Below the pieces are notes generated by a model. It did no database searches. It was not told the DNA's origin and worked only from the letters and a program-made list of their open reading frames with translations. A DNA stretch of 63,161 nucleotides, counting the filler, from Nitrospirae bacterium CG2_30_53_67 (GTDB lineage Bacteria; CG2-30-53-67), in NCBI GenBank assembly GCA_001873285.1. It is 5 parts of 5 records of this genome, joined end to end, with 100 filler letters (N's around TTAATTAATTAA, not from the genome) between each part and the next. Parts side by side here need not be neighbours in the genome. Positions count along the whole stretch, not along the records: positions 15,956 to 38,837 come from MNYV01000146.1; positions 38,938 to 54,326 come from MNYV01000131.1; 3 more parts are not named here. The stretch is one strand, 5' to 3'. The position numbers and the translations under genes are program-made. This document shows positions 34,412 to 42,126 of this stretch, one piece after another; position 1 is the stretch's first letter, and the number at the start of each line of letters is the position of its first letter.

Positions 34412-34684
34412 CTAATAGTTGTGCGGCGTTATTTCCAAAACAAGAACCGTGACTATTTCCCTCTTCACGGTATAGATGACCCTGTATTGCAGACTCAGAC
34501 GCGAAGACCGCTGCTCCCCTCGCTTCCCTTTCAGCTTCTCGTCGTGGAACCAAGGGAAGGCTCTCAACTTTTCTGGCCCATGCCTGAATACAATGTCCTT
34601 CCACAGCTCGTATTTCTTAACAACCGCCGGTGGAAGCCCGCGGCAGATTTTTGCAATCTCTCGATGCTCTTTTATGCGCCACAT
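34412..34684 (-). CDS. RelE/HigB-like mRNA interferase toxin
   Basis: FHDEKLKGKRGEQRSSRLSLQYRVIY...EITPHNY; toxin-first order with an HTH partner. Confidence 0.85.
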   Translation of the reverse strand: MWRIKEHREIAKICRGLPPAVVKKYELWKDIVFRHGPEKLRAFPWFHDEKLKGKRGEQRSSRLSLQYRVIYTVKREIVTVLVLEITPHNY

Positions 34685-34692
34685 TACGGTTT

Positions 34693-34721
34693 ATAATAAC
34701 TTATTAAATGTGATAAGTCAA
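34693..34721 (-). promoter_or_regulatory. sigma70 promoter of higBA (near-leaderless)
   Basis: Minus strand TTGACT-17 bp-TATTAT, 8 nt before the toxin ATG. Confidence 0.6.
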
Positions 34722-34905
34722 GTCTTCTGTTATTTGCTGTAATAATGGGCGCTGTCCCTATTAAGAGTTGTCAATGTGATAAGTCAAGTCTTCTGTTATT
34801 TGCTGTAATAATGGGCGCTGTCCCTATTAAGAGTTCTGTCCCTATTAAGAGTTCCCTATTAAGAGTTCAAAAGGCTCCAAAAGGCTTCGGACCCCAAAAG
34901 GCTTC
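34707..34905 (+). repeat. Array of shrinking nested duplications (63, 63, 18, 14 bp), followed by three CAAAAGGCT copies
   Basis: All four units end in CCCTATTAAGAGTT; the long units contain AATGGGCGCTGTCCCTATT. Confidence 0.9.
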
Positions 34906-34907
34906 CG

Positions 34908-35082
34908 CATTTCCGGGATGAGGTGTTGGGCCTGGCAGAGGTGCAGTATGATCATCGGAATGCGTAATCGGCTTGTTCACGGGTATGATGTAATAGACTT
35001 CGATTTGCTGTGGGACACGGTGACGGACGACCTGCCGCCACTAATCGCGGCGCTGCAAGAGATCGTGAGGAAAAAGGAATAG
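34908..35082 (+). pseudogene. Fused remnants of an MntA nucleotidyltransferase C-terminus and a HepT/DUF86 C-terminus
   Basis: HFRDEVLGLAEVQY, then IIGMRNRLVHGYDVIDFDLLWDTVTDDLPPLIAALQEI* (Rx4HxY HEPN motif). Confidence 0.7.
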
Positions 35083-35163
35083 CGCCGGTGGTGGGGAATA
35101 AACAAGGAGGAACAAATAAGGACCATTTAAATAACGGTCGCTGTCCCCCTTTTACCTGAACCA

Positions 35164-35688
35164 TCAGAGCTCTTCTCTCTGGGGCTCAATCGGGACTTCC
35201 TCAAAACACGGAACGTCGACTCCGCTGATAAAGACACGCCGAAAAGCTCTTACGGGGATTGGCCCCAGGTATGCAGCTTCGATCTTAGGCATGATAGTGT
35301 GCCCATACGCTTTGTCTTGATGCCATCTCTTGAGAAGTGTTTCTGCACTTACGAAATGATCAGCAATCGTATGACGGTCTATCTCGATCCATACAGAAAT
35401 GCCCCAACAATGCCTGTATGGTACGAATTCCTGCCAAGTGGATAACGGATACTTTGCACTATAGCTTTCGGGCTCAAAGCCATAAAAATCGAACAGACTC
35501 ACCCCACCGAGAGTGCGTACGTATGGATAGTATTCGGGGCCTCCACCCGTTTTCCACCTCTCACAATCTGGAATAGGAGGGTTTGGCAGAATCAATCCCG
35601 CCTCCAGAATCTTCTGATAGCGATCGGGGTGTGTTGCGTGCCATAAGAGCCCGTGAAGCACGTTTGGAAATTCTGTTTCGTCAGTCAT
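35164..35688 (-). CDS. Integron cassette 2 ORF, hypothetical protein
   Basis: ATG about 18 nt after the attC; LWHATHPDRYQKILEAGLILPN. Confidence 0.75.
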   Translation of the reverse strand: MTDETEFPNVLHGLLWHATHPDRYQKILEAGLILPNPPIPDCERWKTGGGPEYYPYVRTLGGVSLFDFYGFEPESYSAKYPLSTWQEFVPYRHCWGISVWIEIDRHTIADHFVSAETLLKRWHQDKAYGHTIMPKIEAAYLGPIPVRAFRRVFISGVDVPCFEEVPIEPQREEL

Positions 35689-35705
35689 CGTTGATCTTTT
35701 GGGAG

Positions 35706-35792
35706 GCGTAACGCTCCGCGTGAGCCGAGCCGCCACAAGACATCAGGAAACAGTACGCCGTCTTCGGCGTCGGCTCCACGCGGTTGTTGGGC
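35706..35792 (-). mobile_element. attC site (87 bp)
   Basis: Minus strand GCCCAAC-AAC-CGCGTGGAGCCGA ... TCGGCTCACGCG-GAGC-GTTACGC; paired L boxes with an extrahelical G; starts 12 nt after the upstream stop. Confidence 0.85.
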
Positions 35793-35804
35793 TCCCAGAC
35801 TGCC

Positions 35805-36383
35805 TTAGATGCCACGATAAATCTCTTCTAAGACTTCTCGCAAAGACGCCACCTCTGCTGGAGAGAAGACCACTAACTTATAGACTCGGTCTGCGGGCGA
35901 ATCTGGCCCTCCGAAACTCAACAACCAAGAGTCAAAGGTGAGCGTCAGAACCGGTGCCTCATTTTCTTTACGTTCTACATTGAGGATTAGCCGATCATCT
36001 TTGGCGCTTTCACCAAGGCGTTTTAGTTTGATATCCGTTCTGTATAGCCAACCAATGGCGCTACTGCGCTCCGACGAAGATTGCCTAACGATAGATTGAT
36101 AGTTATTGATTGCATCAATTACCATTTCCAATTGCTCGCGAGACAGGGCGAATCGATATGTATCAAGATTTACTCGAAGTTGAATTAGTGCGTAGTCAGA
36201 CTCGCGAATTCTCTGTTTCCATACAGACAAGGTCGACGACACTGGTTGCGCTTCTTTGCCCCAATTTTCAACAATACCGCTTACCTCTTTCGGAGAAGAT
36301 CGAAGATATTCGGGAGATTCCAGAGTGGATGCGCATCCGGCTATCACCATAGCCAAGGCAAACCCAACAAGCGACTTCCTCAT
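35805..36383 (-). CDS. Integron cassette 1 ORF, hypothetical lipoprotein
   Basis: Signal peptide with lipobox IAGC; bounded by GTTGGGC and its complement GCCCAAC. Confidence 0.8.
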   Translation of the reverse strand: MRKSLVGFALAMVIAGCASTLESPEYLRSSPKEVSGIVENWGKEAQPVSSTLSVWKQRIRESDYALIQLRVNLDTYRFALSREQLEMVIDAINNYQSIVRQSSSERSSAIGWLYRTDIKLKRLGESAKDDRLILNVERKENEAPVLTLTFDSWLLSFGGPDSPADRVYKLVVFSPAEVASLREVLEEIYRGI

Positions 36384-36423
36384 TCCTGCCCCCTTTCAAT
36401 AGCTCAGGTGTGCGCCCTCTGAG

Positions 36424-36484
36424 GCCCAACTATTGATTATATGGTTTCCAGATAAGACTCATTTTCATTCCCGTTTCCGCATAA
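36424..36484 (-). mobile_element. Probable attI site
   Basis: Minus-strand GTTGGGC core with no attC palindrome upstream; direct repeats TTATGCGGAAAC and TTATCTGGAAAC. Confidence 0.65.
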
Positions 36485-36494
36485 TACGCACCCG

Positions 36495-36584
36495 CTACAG
36501 TTTTCTAAGCGTCTCGGCAGGACTGCGTACGCCATGACCTCCACGATTCAGAACATGGGTATAGATCATCATGGTTCGCACATC
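36495..36584 (-). pseudogene. intI: Integron integrase C-terminal remnant (29 aa)
   Basis: DVRTMMIYTHVLNRGGHGVRSPAETLRKL* matches the IntI tail D-V-x-T-T-M-I-Y-T-H-V-L-N-R-G-G-x-G-V-R-S-P; in-frame TAG just upstream. Confidence 0.85.
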
Positions 36585-36608
36585 ATTCTACCAATTTATA
36601 AGTTAGAG

Positions 36609-37334
36609 TCAATGGCTCTTTCTCTTCAACCCTATCACCCCCACCAACCCTGTACCCAGCAAGATAAGTGAGGTGGGTTCAGGGACCGCCGTGGAACGAA
36701 CAGCCCAGGCGTAGAGCCTGTCGTCTTTGCCCTTGCCTAAGAGGCGCTGGCGGCCGCCATTGAAAAAGAAGTGCCACACGTAGTCCGGCCAGTCAGCATA
36801 CTCCGTACCCGACCAGTAGTAGTCGGGTCGCAGGTTGGTAAAGGGACCGGTGTTGGTTAATCCCCAGCCCGGCTGTGCATAATTGCCGGAGGTGTCACTA
36901 TAGCCCTTATTCCCAAGCTCGTAATAGTACATGTAGGCCATTTCACTCCCTGTGCTGCCAGGATACGCCGATCCGGTGGCGCTGATGTTGTAACCATAAT
37001 CCGTGGAACCATTATCACTCTGATTATAATTATACGTGTTCCCATTGACAGGCAGGGTCGCGGGCAGCCGCCAGTCGTTGTGGCCGAGATAATTAGCGCT
37101 GTTAAGAGATGCGATCCAGTCATTAGCTCGGTACCAGCTCATCATGCCATCTCCAAAAGGATCATAGCCTGATCCTTGAGCAGCGTTTGCATCCTTGAGC
37201 CACATAAGCTGTGATCCGTCAATCCGGACCTGGGTCACGGTGCCGTCTAAGTTGTCTATGAGTTGGGCATAAGAATTAACTGTCAGCATGGATACAGACA
37301 AACATACAGCAAACAATAGAAATAGTTTTTTCAT
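36609..37334 (-). CDS. PEP-CTERM surface protein with a DUF1566/Lcl-like domain
   Basis: Signal peptide; LMWLKDAN, DWRLP, YWSGT, AWAVR; C-terminal VPEPTSLILLGTGLVGVIGLKRK. Confidence 0.85.
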   Translation of the reverse strand: MKKLFLLFAVCLSVSMLTVNSYAQLIDNLDGTVTQVRIDGSQLMWLKDANAAQGSGYDPFGDGMMSWYRANDWIASLNSANYLGHNDWRLPATLPVNGNTYNYNQSDNGSTDYGYNISATGSAYPGSTGSEMAYMYYYELGNKGYSDTSGNYAQPGWGLTNTGPFTNLRPDYYWSGTEYADWPDYVWHFFFNGGRQRLLGKGKDDRLYAWAVRSTAVPEPTSLILLGTGLVGVIGLKRKSH

Positions 37335-37582
37335 GACTCCCACTCCTCTTAAATAAAAAATCCCCTTGAAGAATGTGATGATATAAGAACATGCCTAACC
37401 TAAATCAGGCAGTAAACGGCAGGTAATACAGAATAATGCTTAATTAATAGCACAGAATCTGGGAAAGTCAATGATAATTAATTTGGCATAGGTTTTTTGG
37501 CTAAATAAAAAGTCCTGCCTCTCTACGAGTCATCGACCGAAGAGACAGACTCCAATGCCGCTATGCCGCTGATCCATGCAAG

Positions 37583-37954
37583 TCATACTGTCTTAATCCA
37601 CTTGGAATATTTGGGTGAGAGTATAACAAGATGGTTCCTGAACTGCTCTGCAGTATGAAGGCGTAAGAAAGGTAAAAGAAGCCTTGTCACATTTTTGGAC
37701 GTTGTGGGATTGACCTTTAGCCGAACGACTCCAGAATGTTCTCTCAATGGAAGAATGACCCAATCTCCGAAATGCTCGTCAAGAGTGATAAGGATTCTGT
37801 TTTCAGCAATCGCTCTCTCTAAAATCTGCCGGTCATCTGCTCGAGCTTGACCGACTTCTGATGCACGTACAACATTGTGTTTTTCATTGCGTAAGGCCTG
37901 GGCTACATCCAGACGAAACATTTGATCCAGATAGAGATTAAGGGATTCAGGCAC
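37583..37954 (-). CDS. DUF5615 PIN-like toxin
   Basis: LYLDQM...ADDRQILERAIAENRILITLDEHFG. Confidence 0.8.
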   Translation of the reverse strand: MPESLNLYLDQMFRLDVAQALRNEKHNVVRASEVGQARADDRQILERAIAENRILITLDEHFGDWVILPLREHSGVVRLKVNPTTSKNVTRLLLPFLRLHTAEQFRNHLVILSPKYSKWIKTV

Positions 37955-38177
37955 CGACTACCCTCACCTCAGTGTGTTCGAGAGATGCTCTGGCATAGAG
38001 TAAAGCTGCTTGAATATCTTCCTTCTTCAATTCCGGATAGCCGGCAAGCAAAGTATCCCATGTCCCATCTTCTGCTATTTGTTCCAGAATAACGGAAACA
38101 GGAATTCGAGTTCCTTTAATCACGGGTCTGCCGTTGCACACTCTGGGATCAAGCTCGATCCGGTCAAGTAAATTCAT
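37947..38177 (-). CDS. DUF433 antitoxin
   Basis: RIELDPRVCNGRPVIKGTRIPV...YPELKKEDIQAALLYA; overlaps the DUF5615 start. Confidence 0.88.
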   Translation of the reverse strand: MNLLDRIELDPRVCNGRPVIKGTRIPVSVILEQIAEDGTWDTLLAGYPELKKEDIQAALLYARASLEHTEVRVVGA

Positions 38178-38234
38178 CTTCTATCCCTTATAATAATCAT
38201 TCTTTACTTTCAGATTCAACCGAGTATATAAAAG

Positions 38235-38263
38235 ACTATACTCCTATGATTATTTCACGTCAA
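38235..38263 (-). promoter_or_regulatory. sigma70 promoter of the DUF433/DUF5615 pair
   Basis: Minus strand TTGACG-17 bp-TATAGT. Confidence 0.6.
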
Positions 38264-38462
38264 TGGATTTTTAAAAAGGCTTTTGCGATCTGCTCTACCT
38301 TAACCATCACTATTTTCCATAAGACAGAAACAACTGGACGTCAGTACTACCCATCCGCATCTGCAATTTTGCGATGTCGCAATTTCTTTCAATGGAATTA
38401 CGAATAGTATCTTTCCGTAACCTTTTTCCACTTGTTCTGGGTTTTGAGGATGATCTCGATAG

Positions 38463-38606
38463 GGAAAAATAGACGGAAAAATAGGGACGGAAAAATAGGG
38501 ACAGCGCCCATTTATTGCTTGACGGAAAAATAGGGACAGCGCCCATTTATTGCTTTCACTTCCGACGGAAAAATAGGGACAGCGCCCATTTATTGCTTTC
38601 ACTTCC
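38463..38606 (-). repeat. Array of shrinking nested duplications downstream of the RAYT-like gene
   Basis: Units of 43, 35, 14 and about 9 bp after the parent copy, sharing the boundary GACGGAAAAATA; contain AATAGGGACAGCGCCCATT. Confidence 0.9.
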
Positions 38607-38837
38607 GAGGTCTCCCCCTCGGCATTGCCTGCAACCTTCTGCCAAGCATCTTTCCTGCCTGTGCGTGTCCGCACGCAGACAGGTCAAGTCGCAATATCAA
38701 CCGGCTGTCTCCGCAGGGCCGACCCGTTCTCGTATTCAGATGAATCGCATCAATCAGATGTTTATCTTCCTTTTCTCTAAGATAGGCAGACCAGTTTGAA
38801 ATGGATTCAAGCATGTGACAGTCATTTGAAAGAACAG
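38599..38837 (-). mobile_element. C-terminus of a RAYT-like (Y1/HUH) transposase, open to the contig edge
   Basis: NWSAYL...IDAIHLNTRTGRPCGD...MLGRRLQAMPRGRPRK* resembles RAYT tails; the HUH core is not in the window. Confidence 0.7.
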
Positions 38838-38937
38838 NNNNNNNNNNNNNNNNNNNNNNNNNNNNNNNNNNNNNNNNNNNNTTAATTAATTAANNNNNNN
38901 NNNNNNNNNNNNNNNNNNNNNNNNNNNNNNNNNNNNN
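38838..38937. other. Artificial contig linker
   Basis: N-run + TTAATTAATTAA + N-run. Confidence 0.99.
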
Positions 38938-39050
38938 TGCCCGGGCTTCTCCAGGGCGCCGTTCAGACAGATCCCTTCTTCTTCCTGAATCAGATGAATG
39001 ATACGCTGTCCCATCCTGCCCATGGCGCCGGTGACCACCGCTCTGATCAT
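38938..39050 (-). CDS. dapB: 4-hydroxy-tetrahydrodipicolinate reductase, 5' fragment
   Basis: MIRAVVTGAMGRMGQRIIHLIQEEEGICLNGALEKPG. Confidence 0.85.
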
Positions 39051-39120
39051 AAACACCTCTCTATAAAAATTATTCGGCTCTTCGCGTAAGAGTGTGGGTT
39101 GATTCCAATAACAAAAACCT

Positions 39121-39254
39121 TGTCATTCCCCGACCCCCGATCGCAGTCGAGGGCAGGCTTGATCGGGGAATCCACCCTTCGACAGGCTCAGGGTGACCAT
39201 TGTCATGGTGAGCTTGTCGAACCATGGATTGTCCGGTCGAGCCGGACAATGACG
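39121..39254. repeat. REP-like palindrome pair with two nested modules
   Basis: GTCATTCCCCGAC[CCCCGATCGCAGTCGAGGGCAGGC]TTGATCGGGGAATCCA[CCCTTCGACAGGCTCAGGGTGAC...GTCATGGTGAGCTTGTCGAACCA]TGGATTGTCCGGTCGAGCCGGACAATGAC. Confidence 0.75.
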
Positions 39255-39302
39255 AAATTTAAAACCGGGCAATAGACCTGCTTGTGCAATGGCAGATGGG
39301 TA

Positions 39303-40586
39303 TTAGCTCAGCAGTGTCCTCTTTTTCCCCGGTTCCTTCTCCCTCCGGATTTCAGCGCCCAGACCTTGCAGCTTCTGCTCGATCCTCTCGTACCCTCGAT
39401 CAATGTGATAGATCCTGGAAACCGTGGTTTCGCCCCGGGCCGCAAGCCCGGCCAAAATCAGGGAGGCGCTGGCCCGGAGGTCCGTAGCCATGAGAGGGGC
39501 CCCGCTTAAGTGTTCCACCCCTCGAACCACGGCGCTGTTTCCTTGCACGAGGATATCCGCTCCCATTCTGTGGAGCTCGGCCACATGCATGAACCGGTTC
39601 TCAAACACGGTCTCGGTGATCACGCTGGTCCCGCAAGCGATCGTCATCAGGGCCATGAACTGGGCCTGCATATCCGTGGCAAATTCCGGATAGACCCCGG
39701 TCTTTACATCCACGGCATGGAGATCCCCGGATCTTCTGATCCGGATGTCGCGGCCCATGATAGAAATCTCCGCCCCGGCCTCTCTGAGTTTGTTGATCAC
39801 GGCATCCAGTTGCTCAGGGCGGCATCCTTCAACGGTGATATCTCCTCCGGTGATGGCCCCTGCCGCAAGAAACGTTCCGGTCTCGATTCTGTCGGGCATG
39901 ATCTCATATGACATGCCCGAAAGGCCCTCCACGCCCTGGATCTCGATGCGGTCGCTTCCCGCCCCATAGATCCTTGCACCCATACGATTCAGGACGGAAG
40001 CGAGCTCCCCGACTTCCGGCTCACAGGCGGCATTTTCTATGACCGAGGTCCCCTTTGCCAGCGAGGCGGCCATCATGATATTCATGGTTCCGGTGACGGT
40101 GGGAAAATCCAGGGTGATCTTTGCGCCCTTGAGCACGGAGGCCTCGGCACAGGCATACCCTTTCTCAATGCGGATCCTGGCGCCCAGCTTTTCAAGGCCC
40201 ATCAGGTGAATATTAATGGGCCTGGCGCCGATGGCGCATCCGCCGGGCAGGGAGACCTCGGCTCGGCCGAACCGGGCGAGCAAAGGCCCCAGCACCAGTA
40301 CCGATGCCCGCATGGTCTTGACCAGTTCATAGGAGGCCCGGTAACCTTGGACCCCGCCGGCGTAAAGTTCCATCCTTCCGGGTTCAGGCTGCTCGACCGC
40401 GACCCCGAGATCGCTGAGAAGAACGGACATGGTATTCACGTCCCTGAGCGCCGGCACATTGGACAGGGAACACCGGCCCTGACAGAGCAGGGACGCGGCC
40501 ATGATCGGAAGGGCGGCGTTCTTTGCCCCGCTGACCCTGACCTTTCCCATCAAAGGGGCGCCGCCCCGGATCACGATCCGTTCCAT
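39303..40586 (-). CDS. murA: UDP-N-acetylglucosamine 1-carboxyvinyltransferase
   Basis: [20 protein letters not shown] (catalytic Cys), TDMQAQ, TDLRASA. Confidence 0.98.
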   Translation of the reverse strand: MERIVIRGGAPLMGKVRVSGAKNAALPIMAASLLCQGRCSLSNVPALRDVNTMSVLLSDLGVAVEQPEPGRMELYAGGVQGYRASYELVKTMRASVLVLGPLLARFGRAEVSLPGGCAIGARPINIHLMGLEKLGARIRIEKGYACAEASVLKGAKITLDFPTVTGTMNIMMAASLAKGTSVIENAACEPEVGELASVLNRMGARIYGAGSDRIEIQGVEGLSGMSYEIMPDRIETGTFLAAGAITGGDITVEGCRPEQLDAVINKLREAGAEISIMGRDIRIRRSGDLHAVDVKTGVYPEFATDMQAQFMALMTIACGTSVITETVFENRFMHVAELHRMGADILVQGNSAVVRGVEHLSGAPLMATDLRASASLILAGLAARGETTVSRIYHIDRGYERIEQKLQGLGAEIRREKEPGKKRTLLS

Positions 40587-40602
40587 GTGAAACCTCTTTT
40601 TT

Positions 40603-40858
40603 GGTTCTTCTCCCATCTAGTGGGTAAGAAGGGTTCGAGGGTTCCAGGGGTCAAGGGGTCAAGTGAAATACTGTAACGCAAGCAAAATCTCCAGATAAAA
40701 ACACTGGAACCCTTGACCCATGATGTTTTTAGCACTTCACTCGACCCCTTGAATCCTTGGCCCCTCGGACCCTCAAGTCTTGAAAATCACCTCACTTGAC
40801 CCCTGGAATCCTTGACCCCTTGACCCCTGATGTTTTCACCCACTCTTTTGGAGATGAT
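40603..40858 (-). repeat. Family A repeat copy between rpsR and murA
   Basis: GGTTCTTCTCCCATCTAGTGGGTAAG ... GTTTTCACCCACTCTTTTGGAGATGAT. Confidence 0.9.
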
Positions 40859-40879
40859 CTTCTTCTCTAAACCATGGGA

Positions 40880-41137
40880 TCAGGGCTCGGCAAAGGGTAT
40901 GAGGGCGATATTACGGGCCCTTTTGATGGCCTCGGTCAGGATGCGCTGATGGGGTGCGCAATTCCCGGAGATCCTTCTCGGAATGATCTTCCCCCGCTCG
41001 GTGATGAAATTTCTCAGCAGCCGCATGTCCTTGTAGTCAACCGAGTCAATCTTGTTCTCGCATAAGCGGCAGACTTTTTTTCGGTAAAAAAATTTTTTCT
41101 TCTTTTTGGGATCTTGCTCCCGTTCCCGGTATGCCAT
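40880..41137 (-). CDS. rpsR: 30S ribosomal protein S18
   Basis: RKKVCRLC...DYKD...[19 protein letters not shown]...[13 protein letters not shown]. Confidence 0.98.
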   Translation of the reverse strand: MAYREREQDPKKKKKFFYRKKVCRLCENKIDSVDYKDMRLLRNFITERGKIIPRRISGNCAPHQRILTEAIKRARNIALIPFAEP

Positions 41138-41156
41138 ACGTTACTCTCCTATCTCT

Positions 41157-41310
41157 GACGGCTTCGTAAAAAGTCCGCCTGCGGCGTTACGCTTCATCCT
41201 TCGTCATTGCAGCGTACCTCTCAGTACGCCTCATTCCTCAGGATTCGCAAGCCTTGCATCCGGAGCTTTTTACTGTGCCGTCCCATTTTAGGACTTTTTA
41301 CGAGTCCCTC
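41157..41310. mobile_element. MITE-like element between rpsF and rpsR
   Basis: Inverted ends GACGGCTTCGTAAAAAGTCC / GGACTTTTTACGAGTCCCTC; internal GCGTACC...GTACGC hairpin. Confidence 0.75.
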
Positions 41311-41669
41311 ATCTCCGCCTGTTGCGGAGGCGTGCCGGACAAGGACTCTTCGCCCTGTTTGAGCGAAGCGGTCTGCAGCGCCTCCTTCTCGATTCTGAGG
41401 GACATGAATTTTATGACGCTGTCATTGACGCGGTAATTTCTCTCAAGCTCATGGAGAACGCCGCCGCTCCCCAAAAACTGCATGAGCACATAACGACCTT
41501 TCTTGTGCTTCTTCACGTCGTAGGCGAGCTTTTTCACTCCCCAGTCATCCACGATATGGATCTCCCCGCCCTGCTTTCGGACAACTTCAGCCATGGTCTC
41601 TTTGATTTTTTCGGTCTCTTCAGGTGAGAGTTCGGGGTTGAGGATAAAAATGGATTCGTAGTAGTTCAT
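41298..41669 (-). CDS. rpsF: 30S ribosomal protein S6
   Basis: YESIFILNP...WGVKKLAYDVKKHKKGRY. Confidence 0.97.
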   Translation of the reverse strand: MNYYESIFILNPELSPEETEKIKETMAEVVRKQGGEIHIVDDWGVKKLAYDVKKHKKGRYVLMQFLGSGGVLHELERNYRVNDSVIKFMSLRIEKEALQTASLKQGEESLSGTPPQQAEMRDS

Positions 41670-41670
41670 G

Positions 41671-41722
41671 ATCACCTCCTTTTGGATATCAAGCCCCGGA
41701 ACGTGTCCGGAGCAAGGGGTTA
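41671..41722 (-). promoter_or_regulatory. S6:S18 leader RNA
   Basis: Minus strand ACCCCTTGCTCCGGA-CACGT-TCCGGGGCTTGATATCCAAAAGGAGGTG; hairpin with a CCC element pairing with the SD. Confidence 0.7.
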
Positions 41723-41943
41723 TAATGACCTGAATGTTTCAGGTCTTTTTTCGTGCGGCTTCATGTATATCACAGTGAGCGTCTTGGTTTCAAGCGTTTT
41801 TTTGCTTGATGCTTTTTTTTGCCTGAACCGAAAAAAGGCCCCCTCTCCAGGAAAAGAGGGTGGCCTGATAGTCTTATTCAGGGGTCTTTTCACACAACTA
41901 TTGGCAACTGTAAAACAAATGTCCTATATGCGCCGCTGGTTAT

Positions 41944-42002
41944 CCTCCTCACCCTCCCCTCTCCCCCTTTCTTTGAAGGGGGAGAGGATAAAGGTGAGGG
42001 GG
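41944..42002. repeat. CCCTCACC/GGTGAGGG palindromic repeat
   Basis: CCTCACCCTCCCCTCTCCCCCTTTCTTTGAAGGGGGAGAGGATAAAGGTGAGGGG. Confidence 0.7.
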
Positions 42003-42126
42003 TCCGAGATCATAGGACATTACCAAATCCTTCCTCGACTACCGAAAACTTCCCCTCCTCATAGGTGATTCTGCTGTGATCCGCCCGCCACAATTCCCTT
42101 TACAAATCCAATAGTACTTGATAAAT

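Noticed and set aside
34707..38606. Repeat arrays as CRISPR
   Set aside because: Units vary in length, abut without unique spacers, and no cas genes are present.
38300..38674. ORFs with repeated INGRCPYF / NKWALSLF peptides
   Set aside because: Products of the DNA duplication array, not protein repeats.
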